Below, piece by piece: positions 43,638 to 55,445 of a stretch of DNA of 64,000 bases; position 1 is the first letter of the stretch, and each line of letters begins with the position of its first letter. Source of the DNA: Escherichia coli (GTDB lineage: Bacteria > Pseudomonadota > Gammaproteobacteria > Enterobacterales > Enterobacteriaceae); NCBI RefSeq assembly GCF_003019035.1, contig NZ_CP027447.1. One strand, given 5' to 3'. The notes under the pieces are model-generated. The model saw only the letters and a program-made list of their open reading frames with translations. It was not told where the DNA came from and searched no databases. A program made the translations under genes and the position numbers.

Positions 43638-44192
43638 TTAAGGAAATGGCAATACCTCCCCCCGTCCAAACTCCAGTCGCTGCACATTCACCATCCCAGG
43701 CTTCTCAGCAGCACTGACATCAATTTGTGTCACCCGCAGCGCATATTTTTCATCCAGTGCGTTTAACCAGTTCAGCAGGTCATTAAACACCACAGGTTCT
43801 ATCCAGACTTGAATATTCTCCCCTCGCTCGGCTATTCGCTTAATGACCACTGAATGCGCCGAAGCACTGTCGCTGATGACCCGCGATACCTGTGCTGGCG
43901 TTGTCGTGGCGGATTTTCGCGCCGCAATAATATCCGGCGCAGTGCTCTTCAGTCGCGCGTTCATCGCCACGAGCTGCTGCAACATCGTCTCCTGTTGTTC
44001 TATCCGTTCGCTCAACGGCTGCCAGATGAGGACGTAATATCCGGCGCTAAACAGGAACACTACCGCTGCCAGTAACATGCCTTTTTCACGCGGAGAACGT
44101 CCCGCCAGGTGTTGTGTCAGCCAGTGTTCGCCACGGCTTAACTGGCGTTCACGCCATTGCTGAAAATAGTGAATAAATTTATCGCGTAACAT
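43638..44192 (-). CDS. gspM: Type II secretion system protein M
   Basis: 184-aa ORF, single TM segment, last gene of the gsp operon. Confidence 0.75.
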   Translation of the reverse strand: MLRDKFIHYFQQWRERQLSRGEHWLTQHLAGRSPREKGMLLAAVVFLFSAGYYVLIWQPLSERIEQQETMLQQLVAMNARLKSTAPDIIAARKSATTTPAQVSRVISDSASAHSVVIKRIAERGENIQVWIEPVVFNDLLNWLNALDEKYALRVTQIDVSAAEKPGMVNVQRLEFGRGEVLPFP

Positions 44193-44193
44193 G

Positions 44194-45372
44194 TTATTTC
44201 CTCCGCAACGTTACGCCGCCGGAAACCGCATCACCCTCTTTCTGTAACGCGTCCTGTTGCACAACATAATCTGCCGCCAGTGCACTACGCAGTTTGTCGA
44301 AACTGGCAAAGTTCGCGGCCCGCAGCTGGAGGTGAAGCGTCTGGCGTTTTTGATCAAAGGTGAAACCACGCATCTCGATGTCGGAAAGTGACGCCGTTTT
44401 CAGAGTACTGGCGATCGCTGACAATTCTGCGAGCAGCCGGGTATCGTCGGCCTGTGGGCGATATTTTTTCAGCGCCATCGTCACCTGAGAGCGTAAATTC
44501 ACAATCCGCTTCTGCTCCGGGAATAGCGTTAAGAACTGTTTCTCCGCCTGGGTGCGGCTTTGCGCCACCTGTTCGCTGACGCTCCATAACGTCACGCCCC
44601 GTTCCACTACCAGCGCAACCAGAATCAGCAATATCGGCAGAATCATCACCCGCCAGCGCGCCCACTGTTTTCGGTAGCTGACACGAGGCTGCCACGGCCC
44701 TGTTAGCAGGTTCCCTTCCGGTTCGCCATAAGTGGTAATGGCGGGCAGAGCCGTAACGGTCAGGCGTTCGGCGTCCGCACCAGCCCATGCAGACAGTTCT
44801 TCCGGTGCAATGCCGACCACGGTTAGCGAAAGCGGTAAATCCTGCTCATTGAGCTGGGCGTGGAACATGACCGGAGCCAGCGCCAGCCCGGCACTCCATC
44901 CCCGGCATTCATCGATGCGGCAGATAACCCGTTGCGCATCGCCAGCCATAAACCCACAAGGAATGGACATCCAGTCCGGCGCGACGATAGCGCGGGTGAT
45001 GCCGTTTGCCTGCAACCACTGCGCAATGTTGCGCATATGCTGCTGGTGAATCACAGCTACGGTTGCCAGTTGCTGGTCGATTTTCAACGGGGCGAAATGC
45101 AGTTCATCGATATCCTGGTTCAGCTCTTCTTCCAGCAAGGCGGGCAGAATCGTCGGTATCTGCTTGCGGGGCACATCAGGCAGTTCAACCTGCCAGACGC
45201 TGATCCATTCGCCGGGAATGTAGAGTCGAATCGCATCAGTTTGCAGCCATTGCTGGAGACATTCATCAGCAACGTCAGGCCAGATGCCGCACTCCACGTC
45301 GGCGGTACGACGCTGCCAACGGATGGGAGCGGAAGCGCAAAGCGGGAAAAAAATCTCAAGCATGGAACTCAC
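44194..45372 (-). CDS. gspL: Type II secretion system protein L
   Basis: 392-aa ORF in conserved gsp order. Confidence 0.8.
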   Translation of the reverse strand: MSSMLEIFFPLCASAPIRWQRRTADVECGIWPDVADECLQQWLQTDAIRLYIPGEWISVWQVELPDVPRKQIPTILPALLEEELNQDIDELHFAPLKIDQQLATVAVIHQQHMRNIAQWLQANGITRAIVAPDWMSIPCGFMAGDAQRVICRIDECRGWSAGLALAPVMFHAQLNEQDLPLSLTVVGIAPEELSAWAGADAERLTVTALPAITTYGEPEGNLLTGPWQPRVSYRKQWARWRVMILPILLILVALVVERGVTLWSVSEQVAQSRTQAEKQFLTLFPEQKRIVNLRSQVTMALKKYRPQADDTRLLAELSAIASTLKTASLSDIEMRGFTFDQKRQTLHLQLRAANFASFDKLRSALAADYVVQQDALQKEGDAVSGGVTLRRK

Positions 45373-46346
45373 TCACTTTCTCCTGTCTGATGCCAGAGAA
45401 CAGAAAAGTGTTGTGGGCCCATGCGGACAATTAACGAATTCATCGTCAGTTCAATCTCATTCACGGTGATATCTGAACGCAGCCAGAAGTAATTGCTGTC
45501 CACGCTCAGGACGGTTTTTAGCTGTTTTTTAGTACGCTCATCGACGTCTGCAAGTAGCGGCTGAGCAAGAAACTGATCGACATCTTCCCAGCCCTTCGCC
45601 GGACGTTGTTGTAATAACGCCCGCGCCTGAACAGGGCTTAACCACGGGTCAAACAGCGCCTCAAGAATCACACTTTGCGTGACATCTAATGTATTGATGT
45701 TGATTTGCTGGCGGGCCATCGGCAGCGCACAGACCAACGGTTTCAGTTTTTGATAAAGCCCGGCGTCCATTCCCTGTACCACGCGCATTTCGCTGATATC
45801 AGCCAGCGGTTGATTAGCGGCGTAGAACGGCACCGAGCGGGCGAGATACTCGCTGTCTTCACGCCCCAGACGCGTCTGCACGCTGCGGTCCTCGTCAATA
45901 AACTCCCACAGGCTTTCGGCTATCAGTTCGGCCCGATAAGCAGGCACATCCAGGCGCGAGATCAGGGCAATCAGTTGTTGTACCGCGATAGGACGCGACG
46001 CCGTTGTCGGCTGAGCGAGGGCATTCAGGTTAAAGCAGGCCTGGGCGTCATGCAGGGTGACGGCAATTTGCCCCTGCGGCAGTGGGAAAAAACGAGGGCC
46101 GGAAGCCCACGGCTGCGCCAGATGCACGCGCTTTTCATTTTTCAGGCTCAGACTGAGTGCGCTCAACGCCAGGCTTTCCGCACTGGCGCTGTACCACAGC
46201 GCCTGCTGGTACTCCTGCTGGCTGCGCGTTCGCCCAAGTTGTTGCTGCATCCGCCCGGAAAGCGTGATGGTCACCAGCATCATAACCGCCAGCAATACCA
46301 GCACCACGACCAGTGCCATTCCGCGTTTTGGTGGTGAGGTGATCAT
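45369..46346 (-). CDS. gspK: Type II secretion minor pseudopilin K
   Basis: 325-aa ORF; N-terminal hydrophobic segment MALVVVLVLLAVMMLV. Confidence 0.8.
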   Translation of the reverse strand: MITSPPKRGMALVVVLVLLAVMMLVTITLSGRMQQQLGRTRSQQEYQQALWYSASAESLALSALSLSLKNEKRVHLAQPWASGPRFFPLPQGQIAVTLHDAQACFNLNALAQPTTASRPIAVQQLIALISRLDVPAYRAELIAESLWEFIDEDRSVQTRLGREDSEYLARSVPFYAANQPLADISEMRVVQGMDAGLYQKLKPLVCALPMARQQININTLDVTQSVILEALFDPWLSPVQARALLQQRPAKGWEDVDQFLAQPLLADVDERTKKQLKTVLSVDSNYFWLRSDITVNEIELTMNSLIVRMGPQHFSVLWHQTGESE

Positions 46347-46948
46347 GATAATTGCGGCCCGCGTAACAACCAGATGCGTTCAATTTCGCCCCATTGCGGC
46401 GAATGCAGGGTTATGCGTACTGCCACAGGAATCGCCTGCACTGATGACCAGCTCTCCTGCCAGCGCGTGCCGTCGTAGAACTGCAAACGGAGCGAATCCG
46501 CCGGGATTAATTTTTGCGTTGTTGGCTTCACGCTGCCTGCCGCATCGGTCAGTGGCCAGGCTAACCGTTCGAGATAACCACCATGAATGCGGTAACCGAC
46601 GGTGAGCAGATTACTGCGCGGCAGACGCATCAACGGATTAACCACGCCGCCGCGCACAAAACGCATCCCTTCACTCTCAGACGCCAGCACGCCAGCGCCC
46701 GCCAGTAACGCTGGTTCACGCTGGCCCTGATCGCCTCTTACCGGACGCGGCATCATTTGTGTCAGATCGTGGTTCAAAAAACTCATCGTTTGCTGCATGA
46801 GGTTTAGTTTTTGATCGTGTCCGGCGACGGCGCTATTCACGCGTGTAACGCCGTTTGTCACCTGCTGCGCCATCAGTGCCAGTGAGGCAAAAATGGCAAT
46901 TGCCACCAGCATTTCCAGTAACGTGAAACCAGCGCAAGTCCTTCTCAC
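46343..46948 (-). CDS. gspJ: Type II secretion minor pseudopilin J
   Basis: 201-aa ORF with prepilin-type N-terminus GFTLLEMLVAIAIFA. Confidence 0.8.
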   Translation of the reverse strand: MRRTCAGFTLLEMLVAIAIFASLALMAQQVTNGVTRVNSAVAGHDQKLNLMQQTMSFLNHDLTQMMPRPVRGDQGQREPALLAGAGVLASESEGMRFVRGGVVNPLMRLPRSNLLTVGYRIHGGYLERLAWPLTDAAGSVKPTTQKLIPADSLRLQFYDGTRWQESWSSVQAIPVAVRITLHSPQWGEIERIWLLRGPQLS

Positions 46949-47316
46949 TGTTGGCCTCCCACGGCGCTAAACCAGGCGCGTCGTGACTGAATCACCGACG
47001 AAAAGTCTTCGTGACGGCTGACTTCAATATCCACTGCCTGGAGCAGCGCGTTGCCTGTACTCAGCGGTGTGGTTCGCCAGTACCAGCGGCTTCCTGCCAT
47101 ATCACTCTCGCCCTGGTGCCTGACCGCTCGTTGTTCACGGGTCATCAGGTAAAGCAGTGCGGTCTGGTTTTCAGCTACCCAGCCCGCTACCGTTTTTTCT
47201 TCAAGGATTTGCTGATTACTCAGCGCGCCGCTGGCGATCTGTAACACCGCCATGGCGGCCAACGCAAAAATCGCCAGCGCGAGCATTACTTCCAGCAAGG
47301 TAAATCCACGCTTCAT
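46945..47316 (-). CDS. gspI: Type II secretion minor pseudopilin I
   Basis: 123-aa ORF with prepilin N-terminus MKRGFTLLEVMLALAIFA. Confidence 0.8.
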   Translation of the reverse strand: MKRGFTLLEVMLALAIFALAAMAVLQIASGALSNQQILEEKTVAGWVAENQTALLYLMTREQRAVRHQGESDMAGSRWYWRTTPLSTGNALLQAVDIEVSRHEDFSSVIQSRRAWFSAVGGQQ

Positions 47317-47876
47317 GGCATCCCCTCATCACATTGATTGAGGGATAACACGCCATCGTGCGCCAGCTTTACCGCCCAACACGCGTTTTGTGCCGACGCG
47401 TAAAAACGCAGTGTAAACGGCGTGGCGGGTTCAAAAGGCGAAAAACGGATCTGCGGTGTCTTCTTTTTCGCCTCTTTTTGCAGCTCCAGTTCAATATCGT
47501 GCAGCGTCAGGCGACGACGCTGCAGCTCCAGCGCATATTCCTTCTGCCAGATATCACTTCCGGGTTGTAACAGCATCTGCACCTGTTTCGGCACCGTAAC
47601 CTGTGCCGATAACCGGGTCGCAGAAACGGGCAACCATTGCCCGTGACGACGCTGCATAAACTGGTAACCTGGCGGGTCGATTAGCACACCGAGTGTTTGC
47701 CCTTCGATCACTGCCCTGTCCTTAAACTGCGCAAAGCGAGTCAGAAAATCCTGCGCCGCTTTTTTCGCAGGCGGCTCTGAAGCGGTCGCAAAAGTCTGCA
47801 CCACGCCCGCACTGGCAAGGCCGATAAGGAAAATCACCAGCATGATTTCCAGAAGTGTGAATCCGCGTTCAGGCAC
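47313..47876 (-). CDS. gspH: Type II secretion minor pseudopilin H
   Basis: 187-aa ORF with prepilin N-terminus ERGFTLLEIMLVIFLIG. Confidence 0.8.
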   Translation of the reverse strand: MPERGFTLLEIMLVIFLIGLASAGVVQTFATASEPPAKKAAQDFLTRFAQFKDRAVIEGQTLGVLIDPPGYQFMQRRHGQWLPVSATRLSAQVTVPKQVQMLLQPGSDIWQKEYALELQRRRLTLHDIELELQKEAKKKTPQIRFSPFEPATPFTLRFYASAQNACWAVKLAHDGVLSLNQCDEGMP

Positions 47877-47879
47877 TGA

Positions 47880-48335
47880 TTACTGAAACTCCTGCAAATT
47901 CCAGTTACCGATATCTGCGCCAGCGCCCTCCCCGTTTTCCTGACCATCTGCTCCCAGGGTATAAACATCAAACAGCCCTTTTTCACCCGGGCTGAGATAC
48001 TGATAATCATTGCCCCACGGATCCTTTGGCAGTCGTTTAATGTATCCACCGGTACGGTAGTTACGGGAATCCGCCATATTGGCCGGTTGCTGGATCAGCG
48101 CCTCCAGCCCCTGTTCGGTAGTCGGATAACGCCCGTTATCCAGTCGGTACATATCCAGCGCATTCTCCAGCGCCACGATATCGCTGATGGCTTTTTGCCG
48201 ATCGGCTTTCTCTTTGTTGCCCAACAGGTTAGGCACCACCAGACTTGCCAGGACGCCAAGAATAACAATCACCACCATCACTTCCAGCAGGGTAAAACCT
48301 GCCCGTGGTTTTTGTGTGCGGGATAACGAATTCAT
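47880..48335 (-). CDS. gspG: Type II secretion major pseudopilin G
   Basis: ORF 47880..48362; prepilin N-terminus AGFTLLEVMVVIVILGVLASLVVPN; start may be MNSLSRT. Confidence 0.85.
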   Translation of the reverse strand: MNSLSRTQKPRAGFTLLEVMVVIVILGVLASLVVPNLLGNKEKADRQKAISDIVALENALDMYRLDNGRYPTTEQGLEALIQQPANMADSRNYRTGGYIKRLPKDPWGNDYQYLSPGEKGLFDVYTLGADGQENGEGAGADIGNWNLQEFQ

Positions 48336-48351
48336 GTGATAACTCCGTAAA

Positions 48352-49575
48352 TTACATTCCAACCATATTGTTCAGTTGCAGCATCGGTTCGAGGATGGCG
48401 ATGACGATAAACAGCACCACGCCCGCCATCATCACCACCAGCGCCGGCTCAAACAGCCCTAACGCCAGCCCCACCTGGGTATCAAATTCCCGTTCCTGGT
48501 TGACCGCGGCCTGTTCAAGCATGGTTTCCAGCTCGCCGCTCTGTTCGCCGGAGGCGATCATGTACAGCATCATCGGCGGGAACAGGCGCAGATCCGCCAG
48601 CGCGGCGCGCAGGCTGCTTCCTTCGCGGACGCGATCTGCCGCCAGCAGCAGTTGTTGTTCGACATAGCGATTTGCCGACACGGCGGCAGCGGTCTGAATG
48701 CCTTCCAGTAGCGGAACACTGCTGGCGGTGAGGATGCTTAACGTGCGGGAAAAACGCGCCGTATTCAGCCCGCGCGCAACACGCCCCGTCACGGGCAAAC
48801 GCAGCAAGGTTTTATCCCAGCGCAGGCGCATCGCAGGATTTTTGAGTAGCCGTTGCCCCAACACCAGAAGCCCCAGCAAACCCGCCAGCCAGTACACGCC
48901 GCTGGTCTGTAACGTGTCGCTCATGGCGATGAGCATTCGGGTGGAGGCAGGCAGCGCGTGTCCGAGATGATCAAACTGTTCGATAATTTTCGGCACTACT
49001 GCCGTCAGCAAAATAGTGACCACGCCCGTTGCCACCACCAGCAGTACCAGCGGGTAGAGCATGGCCTGCAGCAGGCGAGATTTCAGGCGCTGTCGCTGTT
49101 CGGTGTAATCCGCCAGGCGATTGAGCACCACGTCGAGATGTCCGGATTTTTCTCCGGCAGCGACCATCGAACAAAACAGGGAGTCAAAGACGCGGGGATG
49201 TTCGCGCAGGCTGTCCGACAGGGTATAACCTTCCTGAATCCGGCTGCGCAGCGCCATTCCGAGGCTTTTTACATGCAGTTTTTCACTTTGCTCACTGACC
49301 GCCTGTAAGCAGGTTTCCAGCGGCATTGCTGCCTGCACCAGCGTTGCCAGTTGGCGTGTGAACAGCGCCAAATCTGCCGCCGCCACGCGACGATGTGCAT
49401 GCCGCCGACGCTGCAACATTCCCCCTGTCGAAGCATTCAGCCGGGCTTCAATGTGCACGGGGATAAGCTCTTTACCACGCAACAATTGACGGGCATGACG
49501 CGCGGAATCCGCCTCAATCATTCCTTTGGTTTTGCGACCATTACGCTCCAGCGCCTGATAGTAAAACAGTGCCAT
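48352..49575 (-). CDS. gspF: Type II secretion inner-membrane platform protein F
   Basis: 407-aa ORF with duplicated GspF domain. Confidence 0.85.
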   Translation of the reverse strand: MALFYYQALERNGRKTKGMIEADSARHARQLLRGKELIPVHIEARLNASTGGMLQRRRHAHRRVAAADLALFTRQLATLVQAAMPLETCLQAVSEQSEKLHVKSLGMALRSRIQEGYTLSDSLREHPRVFDSLFCSMVAAGEKSGHLDVVLNRLADYTEQRQRLKSRLLQAMLYPLVLLVVATGVVTILLTAVVPKIIEQFDHLGHALPASTRMLIAMSDTLQTSGVYWLAGLLGLLVLGQRLLKNPAMRLRWDKTLLRLPVTGRVARGLNTARFSRTLSILTASSVPLLEGIQTAAAVSANRYVEQQLLLAADRVREGSSLRAALADLRLFPPMMLYMIASGEQSGELETMLEQAAVNQEREFDTQVGLALGLFEPALVVMMAGVVLFIVIAILEPMLQLNNMVGM

Positions 49576-51068
49576 TACGCCTCCATGGTTACCCGCAGAA
49601 CTTCATCGAGAGAGGTTTCTCCGGCGAGCACTTTCTCAATGCCGTTGCTGCGGATACCCGCAGAGTGTTGCCGGACATAACGTTCCAGCTCCAGTTCCCC
49701 GGCCTGACGGTGGATCAAATCACGCAATGTGGCGTCCACCACGATCAGCTCATGGATGGCAGTACGTCCGCGAAAACCTTTGTGATTACAGGCGGGACAG
49801 CCCTGCGGATGGTACAGCGTGACGGTTCGCGCATCGGTAATCCCCAGCAGGCGTTTTTCTTCGTCGGTGGCAGGCGCGGACTGGCGGCAATCGGGACACA
49901 GCGTGCGAACCAGTCGCTGCGCCATCACGCCCGTCAGACTGGAAGAGAGCAGGAAAGGCTCAACGCCCATATCCTGCAAACGCGTGATCGCCCCCACCGC
50001 CGTGTTGGTATGCAGCGTGGAAAGTACCAGGTGTCCGGTCAGTGAAGCCTGAACAGCGATTTCTGCGGTTTCGGTATCGCGGATTTCACCGACCATCACC
50101 ACATCCGGGTCCTGACGCAAAATCGCGCGCAGGCCACGGGCGAAGGTCATGCCGACGCGGGTGTTAACCTGCGTCTGACCGATCCCTTCAATCATGTATT
50201 CGATAGGGTCTTCAACCGTGAGAATGTTACGCGAGTGGTTGTTCAGCTCCTGCAATCCAGCGTACAGCGTGGTGCTTTTGCCGGAACCGGTCGGCCCCGT
50301 CACCAGAAAAATGCCGTGCGGTTTGTGTAACAGCTGGCGCAACTGCGCAGTCAGTTCGAGACTTAAACCCAGACGCTCCAGCGTCAGGCGAGCCTGGTTT
50401 TTGTCCAGCAGTCGCAGCACCACCCGTTCCCCCCAGGCGGAAGGCATGGTGGAGACACGCACGTCAATCGCCCGACCGCCCAGCAGCAGCGCAATACGTC
50501 CATCCTGCGGTACGCGCTTTTCGGCGATATCCAGCCGCGCCATCACCTTGATACGCGAGACCAGCAGCGAGGCCAGTTTACGACCGGGGCGCAACATTTC
50601 ATGTAATGTGCCGTCAACACGAAAACGGATCACCAGACTCTTTTCAAACGTCTCAATGTGGATATCCGAAGCGCCTTCTTTAATCGCCTCTGCCAGCATG
50701 GCGTTGATCAGTTTGATGATCGGCGCATCGTCGTCACTTTCCAGCAAATCCTCGGTTTCCGGTAACTCTTCTGCGAGGGTAAAAAAGTCCTCGGCGGAGC
50801 CGAGATCTTCCATCAACTGGCGAGCCTCGGAGGAGTCCCGCTGCCAGACCGCATTCAGCCGCTGTTCAAATTCGGCCTCGTCGATTTGCCTCAGCGTAAA
50901 GGGCGCGTTCAGCCCCCGTTGCAGCTCCTGCAAAACAGAGAGCGACAACGGATGCACATGGAGGATCTCCAGCGACGCTTCGCACCATGCCACCAGGCTA
51001 AACCGACGGCTGAAACTATAGGGCAGACGCACGGTGTTAGCGGTGGTTTCCTGTGCTACAGGCACCAT
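49575..51068 (-). CDS. gspE: Type II secretion ATPase E
   Basis: 497-aa ORF; Walker [11 protein letters not shown]; tetracysteine motif CPDC...CPAC. Confidence 0.9.
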   Translation of the reverse strand: MVPVAQETTANTVRLPYSFSRRFSLVAWCEASLEILHVHPLSLSVLQELQRGLNAPFTLRQIDEAEFEQRLNAVWQRDSSEARQLMEDLGSAEDFFTLAEELPETEDLLESDDDAPIIKLINAMLAEAIKEGASDIHIETFEKSLVIRFRVDGTLHEMLRPGRKLASLLVSRIKVMARLDIAEKRVPQDGRIALLLGGRAIDVRVSTMPSAWGERVVLRLLDKNQARLTLERLGLSLELTAQLRQLLHKPHGIFLVTGPTGSGKSTTLYAGLQELNNHSRNILTVEDPIEYMIEGIGQTQVNTRVGMTFARGLRAILRQDPDVVMVGEIRDTETAEIAVQASLTGHLVLSTLHTNTAVGAITRLQDMGVEPFLLSSSLTGVMAQRLVRTLCPDCRQSAPATDEEKRLLGITDARTVTLYHPQGCPACNHKGFRGRTAIHELIVVDATLRDLIHRQAGELELERYVRQHSAGIRSNGIEKVLAGETSLDEVLRVTMEA

Positions 51069-53128
51069 TAACGCGTTCTCCCGGCATTAAGGAACGCACG
51101 AACTTCTGGCGGTAAGGCCTGATTTTGCGCAGGCAATATCGGCTGCGCGGTGTGCGGCATCAGGCTTAAGCCCTGCTCATCGCGGTAGATTTGCTCGGCG
51201 CGCATGTAGTTATATTTGCGCTGCGACACACCGTCTGCCGCCATACCGTCACGCAGAATGGTCGGGCGGATAAACACCATCAGGTTACGTTTTTCTTTTT
51301 TATCCGCCGTCGATTTAAACAGGTTACCAATCAACGGGATATCGCCCAGCAGCGGCACTTTCGCCACGCTTTCTCCCGCCTGGTCGTCCATCAGACCGCC
51401 AAGCACAATTAGCTCACCATCGTTAGCCAACACGGTGGTTTTCAGTTTGCGCTCACCAAACACCACGTCGAGGCTGGTCTGTCCTTCCACCTTCGACACT
51501 TCCTGCTCAATCACCATCTGTACCGCGTTTCCTTCGTTAATCTGCGGCGTGACTTTCAGCATGATGCCGACTTTTTTCCTTTCTACTGTATTGAAAGGAT
51601 TGCTGTTATTGGAGCCAACGGTAGAGCCGGTTAATACCGGAACGTCCTGACCCACCATGAAGAAGGCTTCCTGGTTGTCCAGCGTGGTGATGCTCGGCGT
51701 GGAGAGCACGTTAGAGCTGGAGTCGTTTTTAACCGCCTGCACCAGCGCCATCCAGTCGCCTTTCACCACACCAACCGCCGTACCGCTAAAGCCGGAAAGA
51801 AGCTGGGCGAGCGTGGAGAGATCGCCGTTGGTATCCGGGTTAATGGTGGTAGCGCCGTTTTCACTGATTACCGTCGAGCCTTTCTGCGGTTTTGCCTGAG
51901 AAATGGCTGCACCCAGCGTGCCAATAGGGATCTGCGTACCGTTAGCAAACTGCATTAATCCGGCATCTTTCGACGCCCACTGCACGCCGAAATTGATATT
52001 GCTGCCTTCGGCAACTTCCACGATTAACGCCTCGACATGCACCTGAGCACGGCGAATATCCAGTTGTTCAATCACGCTTTGCAGCGACTGCATGATGTCC
52101 TGCGGCGCGGTAACAATCAGGGCATTACTGTGTTTGCTGGCGGCGATGGAGACAACCTCACGCCCGCTACCGACCGTGCCTTCCGCCTCTTCTTTAGCCG
52201 CCGTGAGCGTGCCGCTGACCTGCTTCAGCACATCGACCAGATCTTCGGCTTTGCTGTATTTGAGATAGAAAACCTGGCTGTTGCCGCTGCGTTCCATTTC
52301 TGAGTCCAGCCGACGGATCAGGCGGCGCATTTTGTCCCGCGTGGCCGGGTCACCACTGACAATCACACTGTTGGTGCGTTCGTCGGCGACAATTTGAGAT
52401 TTCAGCGTCGCAGGCTGGTTCTCGCCGCTGTTTTTAGTCAGGCTTTCCAGCACGCGGGCGATTTCCGAAGCAGAGGCGTTATCCAGCGGGATCACCTCTT
52501 CAGTGCGATTACCCGCGTGATCCACACGCTGGATCACTTCCGTCAGCCGCTCCACGACGGAGGCGCGCCCGGTGAGCATAATCACGTTGGAGGGATCGTA
52601 ATTAACAACGTTGCCTGAGCCTGCGCTGTCGATCATCTGGCGCAGAATCGGTGCCAGTTCGCGTACCGAAACATTACGTACCGGCACGACTTTGGTGACC
52701 ATTTCATCGCCCGCGTAGTTGTCGCTGCCTTCACCAACCAGCGGCAGCGGCTCGACTTTCGCGGCACTGGATTTCACCACCTTCAGCACGTCGTTTTCCA
52801 TCGGTACGACCGCATACCCCTGTGCTTCCAGCAGGTTAAGGAATAGCTGGTAATACTGGCGTTCATTGAGCGGGGTCATGGTGCGAATACTCACTTTCCC
52901 CTGTACGCCCGGCCCCATAATGATGGTTTTATTAAGGTTAGCGCCGACGGTTTCGATGAACGATTTCAGGTCGGTATCTTTAAAATTAGCGGTGAAAGTG
53001 GCTTCTTCCGCCCAGACCGGTGAACTGCATAATGCCGCTGCCAGCACCAGCGGCAGTAAACGCTTTTTTGTTTTGAGGCCAGTTGTCTTCTTACGCCAGA
53101 CCGACAACGTCATATCACGCCAAAACAC
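51068..53128 (-). CDS. gspD: Type II secretion outer-membrane secretin D
   Basis: 686-aa ORF with signal peptide and secretin domain. Confidence 0.85.
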   Translation of the reverse strand: MFWRDMTLSVWRKKTTGLKTKKRLLPLVLAAALCSSPVWAEEATFTANFKDTDLKSFIETVGANLNKTIIMGPGVQGKVSIRTMTPLNERQYYQLFLNLLEAQGYAVVPMENDVLKVVKSSAAKVEPLPLVGEGSDNYAGDEMVTKVVPVRNVSVRELAPILRQMIDSAGSGNVVNYDPSNVIMLTGRASVVERLTEVIQRVDHAGNRTEEVIPLDNASASEIARVLESLTKNSGENQPATLKSQIVADERTNSVIVSGDPATRDKMRRLIRRLDSEMERSGNSQVFYLKYSKAEDLVDVLKQVSGTLTAAKEEAEGTVGSGREVVSIAASKHSNALIVTAPQDIMQSLQSVIEQLDIRRAQVHVEALIVEVAEGSNINFGVQWASKDAGLMQFANGTQIPIGTLGAAISQAKPQKGSTVISENGATTINPDTNGDLSTLAQLLSGFSGTAVGVVKGDWMALVQAVKNDSSSNVLSTPSITTLDNQEAFFMVGQDVPVLTGSTVGSNNSNPFNTVERKKVGIMLKVTPQINEGNAVQMVIEQEVSKVEGQTSLDVVFGERKLKTTVLANDGELIVLGGLMDDQAGESVAKVPLLGDIPLIGNLFKSTADKKEKRNLMVFIRPTILRDGMAADGVSQRKYNYMRAEQIYRDEQGLSLMPHTAQPILPAQNQALPPEVRAFLNAGRTR

Positions 53129-53157
53129 GATGAATGATTCTCCTGGATTAAATGCGG

Positions 53158-54117
53158 TTAGCGCAGCGCGATGGAAATGTCGTGGCGCGCACCCTTGCGT
53201 AAAACCGTAAGTTGAATGGAATCCATTGAAGGTAACTGCCGCATCAGAGCAATCATTGCTCGTGGATCAGTGAAATCCTGCTGATTTAGCGCAATGGCGA
53301 TATCGCCTTCCTTAAAACCGCTGGCATCGAACAGAGAACGATCTGCCCCCGGTTTCACTGCATAACCGACAATCCCTTCCTTACGCACAGGCGTAAGCTG
53401 GATATAGTTAAAAATTTTCTGCGGATCTTTCGCCAGTGCCTGACGCACGGCAGCCGGGATCTCAACTGGCGCACTGACAGCAGGTTCAGCAACAGCTTGC
53501 TTTGCTTCGTCACTGACAGCTTTTTTGTTGGTCACGGCAACGGTGGAACGCTCCTCTTCAGCCAGGCTCAGGCGCTCTATTTTTCCCTGATAGCGCAGCA
53601 TCACATGGTCGCGGTTGATTTCCTCAATCACTGCGTTGTGCGAGCCAAGCGTTTCACCCTGCAAATAGACCTGCTGTTTACCACCTTCTTCAATAACCGC
53701 GCCGGGTCTGGCACCAAAGGCGATCCCACGCAACACCACATTAAGACGCGTTTCGGCCACAGGTGCAGGTTCGGGTTGTTTTACCGGCGTGGCGACGGGC
53801 TGATATTTGCCAAACCAGTTTTGCTGGCTGATTAATTGCACGTCATTTTTATCGAACGCTTTTGCATCCGCACGGAGCGGTTTATTCGCCGATGGGGAAA
53901 CCGCCGTATATTCCGCAGAAAAGGAGAAATAGCGCCAGAGTGAATGCGCCACTTTTGCAGAAATAATAAGCAGCATCAGCCAGAACATCCCGCGTGCAAT
54001 TTTGCGCAGATGCTCTTTGTCTGTATTAAGAGATTGTCTCTGGTTAAGAGTGTGACGAATTTTTGTCAGCCATTGAATGAGATAAATTCGTGCGTCACGA
54101 AAAACAACCCGCGCCAA
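53158..54117 (-). CDS. gspC: Type II secretion protein C
   Basis: 319-aa ORF with N-terminal TM segment and C-terminal PDZ-like region; position upstream of gspD. Confidence 0.7.
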   Translation of the reverse strand: MARVVFRDARIYLIQWLTKIRHTLNQRQSLNTDKEHLRKIARGMFWLMLLIISAKVAHSLWRYFSFSAEYTAVSPSANKPLRADAKAFDKNDVQLISQQNWFGKYQPVATPVKQPEPAPVAETRLNVVLRGIAFGARPGAVIEEGGKQQVYLQGETLGSHNAVIEEINRDHVMLRYQGKIERLSLAEEERSTVAVTNKKAVSDEAKQAVAEPAVSAPVEIPAAVRQALAKDPQKIFNYIQLTPVRKEGIVGYAVKPGADRSLFDASGFKEGDIAIALNQQDFTDPRAMIALMRQLPSMDSIQLTVLRKGARHDISIALR

Positions 54118-54134
54118 TTTATATCTACCCGACG

Positions 54135-54545
54135 TTATGCTTTGACTATTCCACAGGTGGTACGATCCAGTTTCCGCTGATACTGGTTACCTGTACGTGT
54201 ATCATTAATCGTTATGCTGTAATTAATTCCCTCAGTGATCATTAATTTCACCGTCGGGTCAGCGCACATTTGTCGTTGATAGCTGGTTAAAAAGGCGTCA
54301 GGTGTCTGCGTGGTCTGAGTACCCGCTTCGCTGATAATGGTCATTTTTACCGTCGTGCCGCTACTTTGTGCCAGCACTAAGGTATATCCCGCAGATTTAA
54401 TCGGCAGGTTTTGGCTGATATTTTGCGCCTGTTTTTTCGCCAGTAAACTGGCATTTTCATTATGGCCGGCACAGCCACTTAATAATCCTGTAACGCTCAA
54501 CAATAGCGATATTAATACCCTCCCTGGCATTTGTTTTATCGACAT
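54135..54545 (-). CDS. yghG: Lipoprotein YghG (T2SS secretin pilotin, AspS/GspS-beta type)
   Basis: 136-aa ORF with lipobox LLSGCAG; conserved position between pppA and gspC. Confidence 0.65.
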   Translation of the reverse strand: MSIKQMPGRVLISLLLSVTGLLSGCAGHNENASLLAKKQAQNISQNLPIKSAGYTLVLAQSSGTTVKMTIISEAGTQTTQTPDAFLTSYQRQMCADPTVKLMITEGINYSITINDTRTGNQYQRKLDRTTCGIVKA

Positions 54546-54610
54546 GGTAAATAATCTCTAAGGTTATTAATAAGAGTTAAAATGTCACTTTGATAATGAC
54601 GTGGTTATCA

Positions 54611-55420
54611 TTAAAGCAATGCCTGTAGATAAAGTGTTGCTATACCGCCCAGACTTAAACACGGTCCAAAAGGCAGTGTGGTTGATCCTCTTTTTGTAAT
54701 AACGGCATATATCAGGCCGCAGCATGATGCGATTAAAGCAACATTGGGTAGCGACAACGGCCCCACCCAGCCACCTAACGCAGCGAAAAGTAATACATCG
54801 CCCATGCCTAATGCTTCTTTACGCAGAACTATTCCGGCTATCCAGCGCAGAGAGTAAAAAGTGATAAACCCCACCAGTACGCCGGTAACTGCGTCTTGTA
54901 GCGTTAACGGACTCTGTTGCGCCCATGCCGCAATCAGCCCAGTCCACAATACGCCCTGAGTAAAAACATCGGGCAGCCATTGGTTATCGAGGTCAATGAC
55001 GCTCGCGGCAATCAGCCAGGCGGATAATATCATCACCGCCAGCGCCCATCCACTTTCTGGCCAGACCAGGCTCGCCAGCAAAAAAGCGAGTGCCGTCAAT
55101 AACTCCACCAGCGGATAACGCTTGCTGATTTTCGCCTGACAATCACGGCAGCGCCCTTTGAGCATCAGCCAGGAGAGCAGCGGAATATTGTCACGTATCC
55201 GGATGGTCTGCTGACAATGTGGGCAGTGCGAACGCGGTAGCGCAAGGCTTATTTTTGACTGCGCACTCGGCATTTCACCGTGAAACTCCGCCATTTGTTG
55301 GCGCAGCATGATGGGGTAACGCCAAATCACCACATTCAAAAAACTGCCGATAATCAATCCTCCGACGGTAGCCAGGACGGGCATCGCCGCGGGGTATTGC
55401 TGAAAAACATCAAAAAACAT
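54611..55420 (-). CDS. pppA: Prepilin peptidase (GspO-type)
   Basis: 269-aa polytopic ORF with CxxC pairs (CPHCQQ, CRDCQ) typical of A24 prepilin peptidases. Confidence 0.8.
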   Translation of the reverse strand: MFFDVFQQYPAAMPVLATVGGLIIGSFLNVVIWRYPIMLRQQMAEFHGEMPSAQSKISLALPRSHCPHCQQTIRIRDNIPLLSWLMLKGRCRDCQAKISKRYPLVELLTALAFLLASLVWPESGWALAVMILSAWLIAASVIDLDNQWLPDVFTQGVLWTGLIAAWAQQSPLTLQDAVTGVLVGFITFYSLRWIAGIVLRKEALGMGDVLLFAALGGWVGPLSLPNVALIASCCGLIYAVITKRGSTTLPFGPCLSLGGIATLYLQALL

Positions 55421-55445
55421 GGTTAAAGGTTATTTGTTGTAACTT

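Noticed and set aside
44354-46605. Several 140-210 aa ORFs on both strands overlapping gspL and gspK
   Set aside because: Alternative frames or antisense of GC-rich T2SS genes with low-complexity translations; gspL and gspK in the annotated frames have the expected features.
50194-51021. 275-aa plus-strand ORF antisense to gspE
   Set aside because: Ser/Arg-rich low-complexity translation inside a strongly supported ATPase gene; no independent signals.
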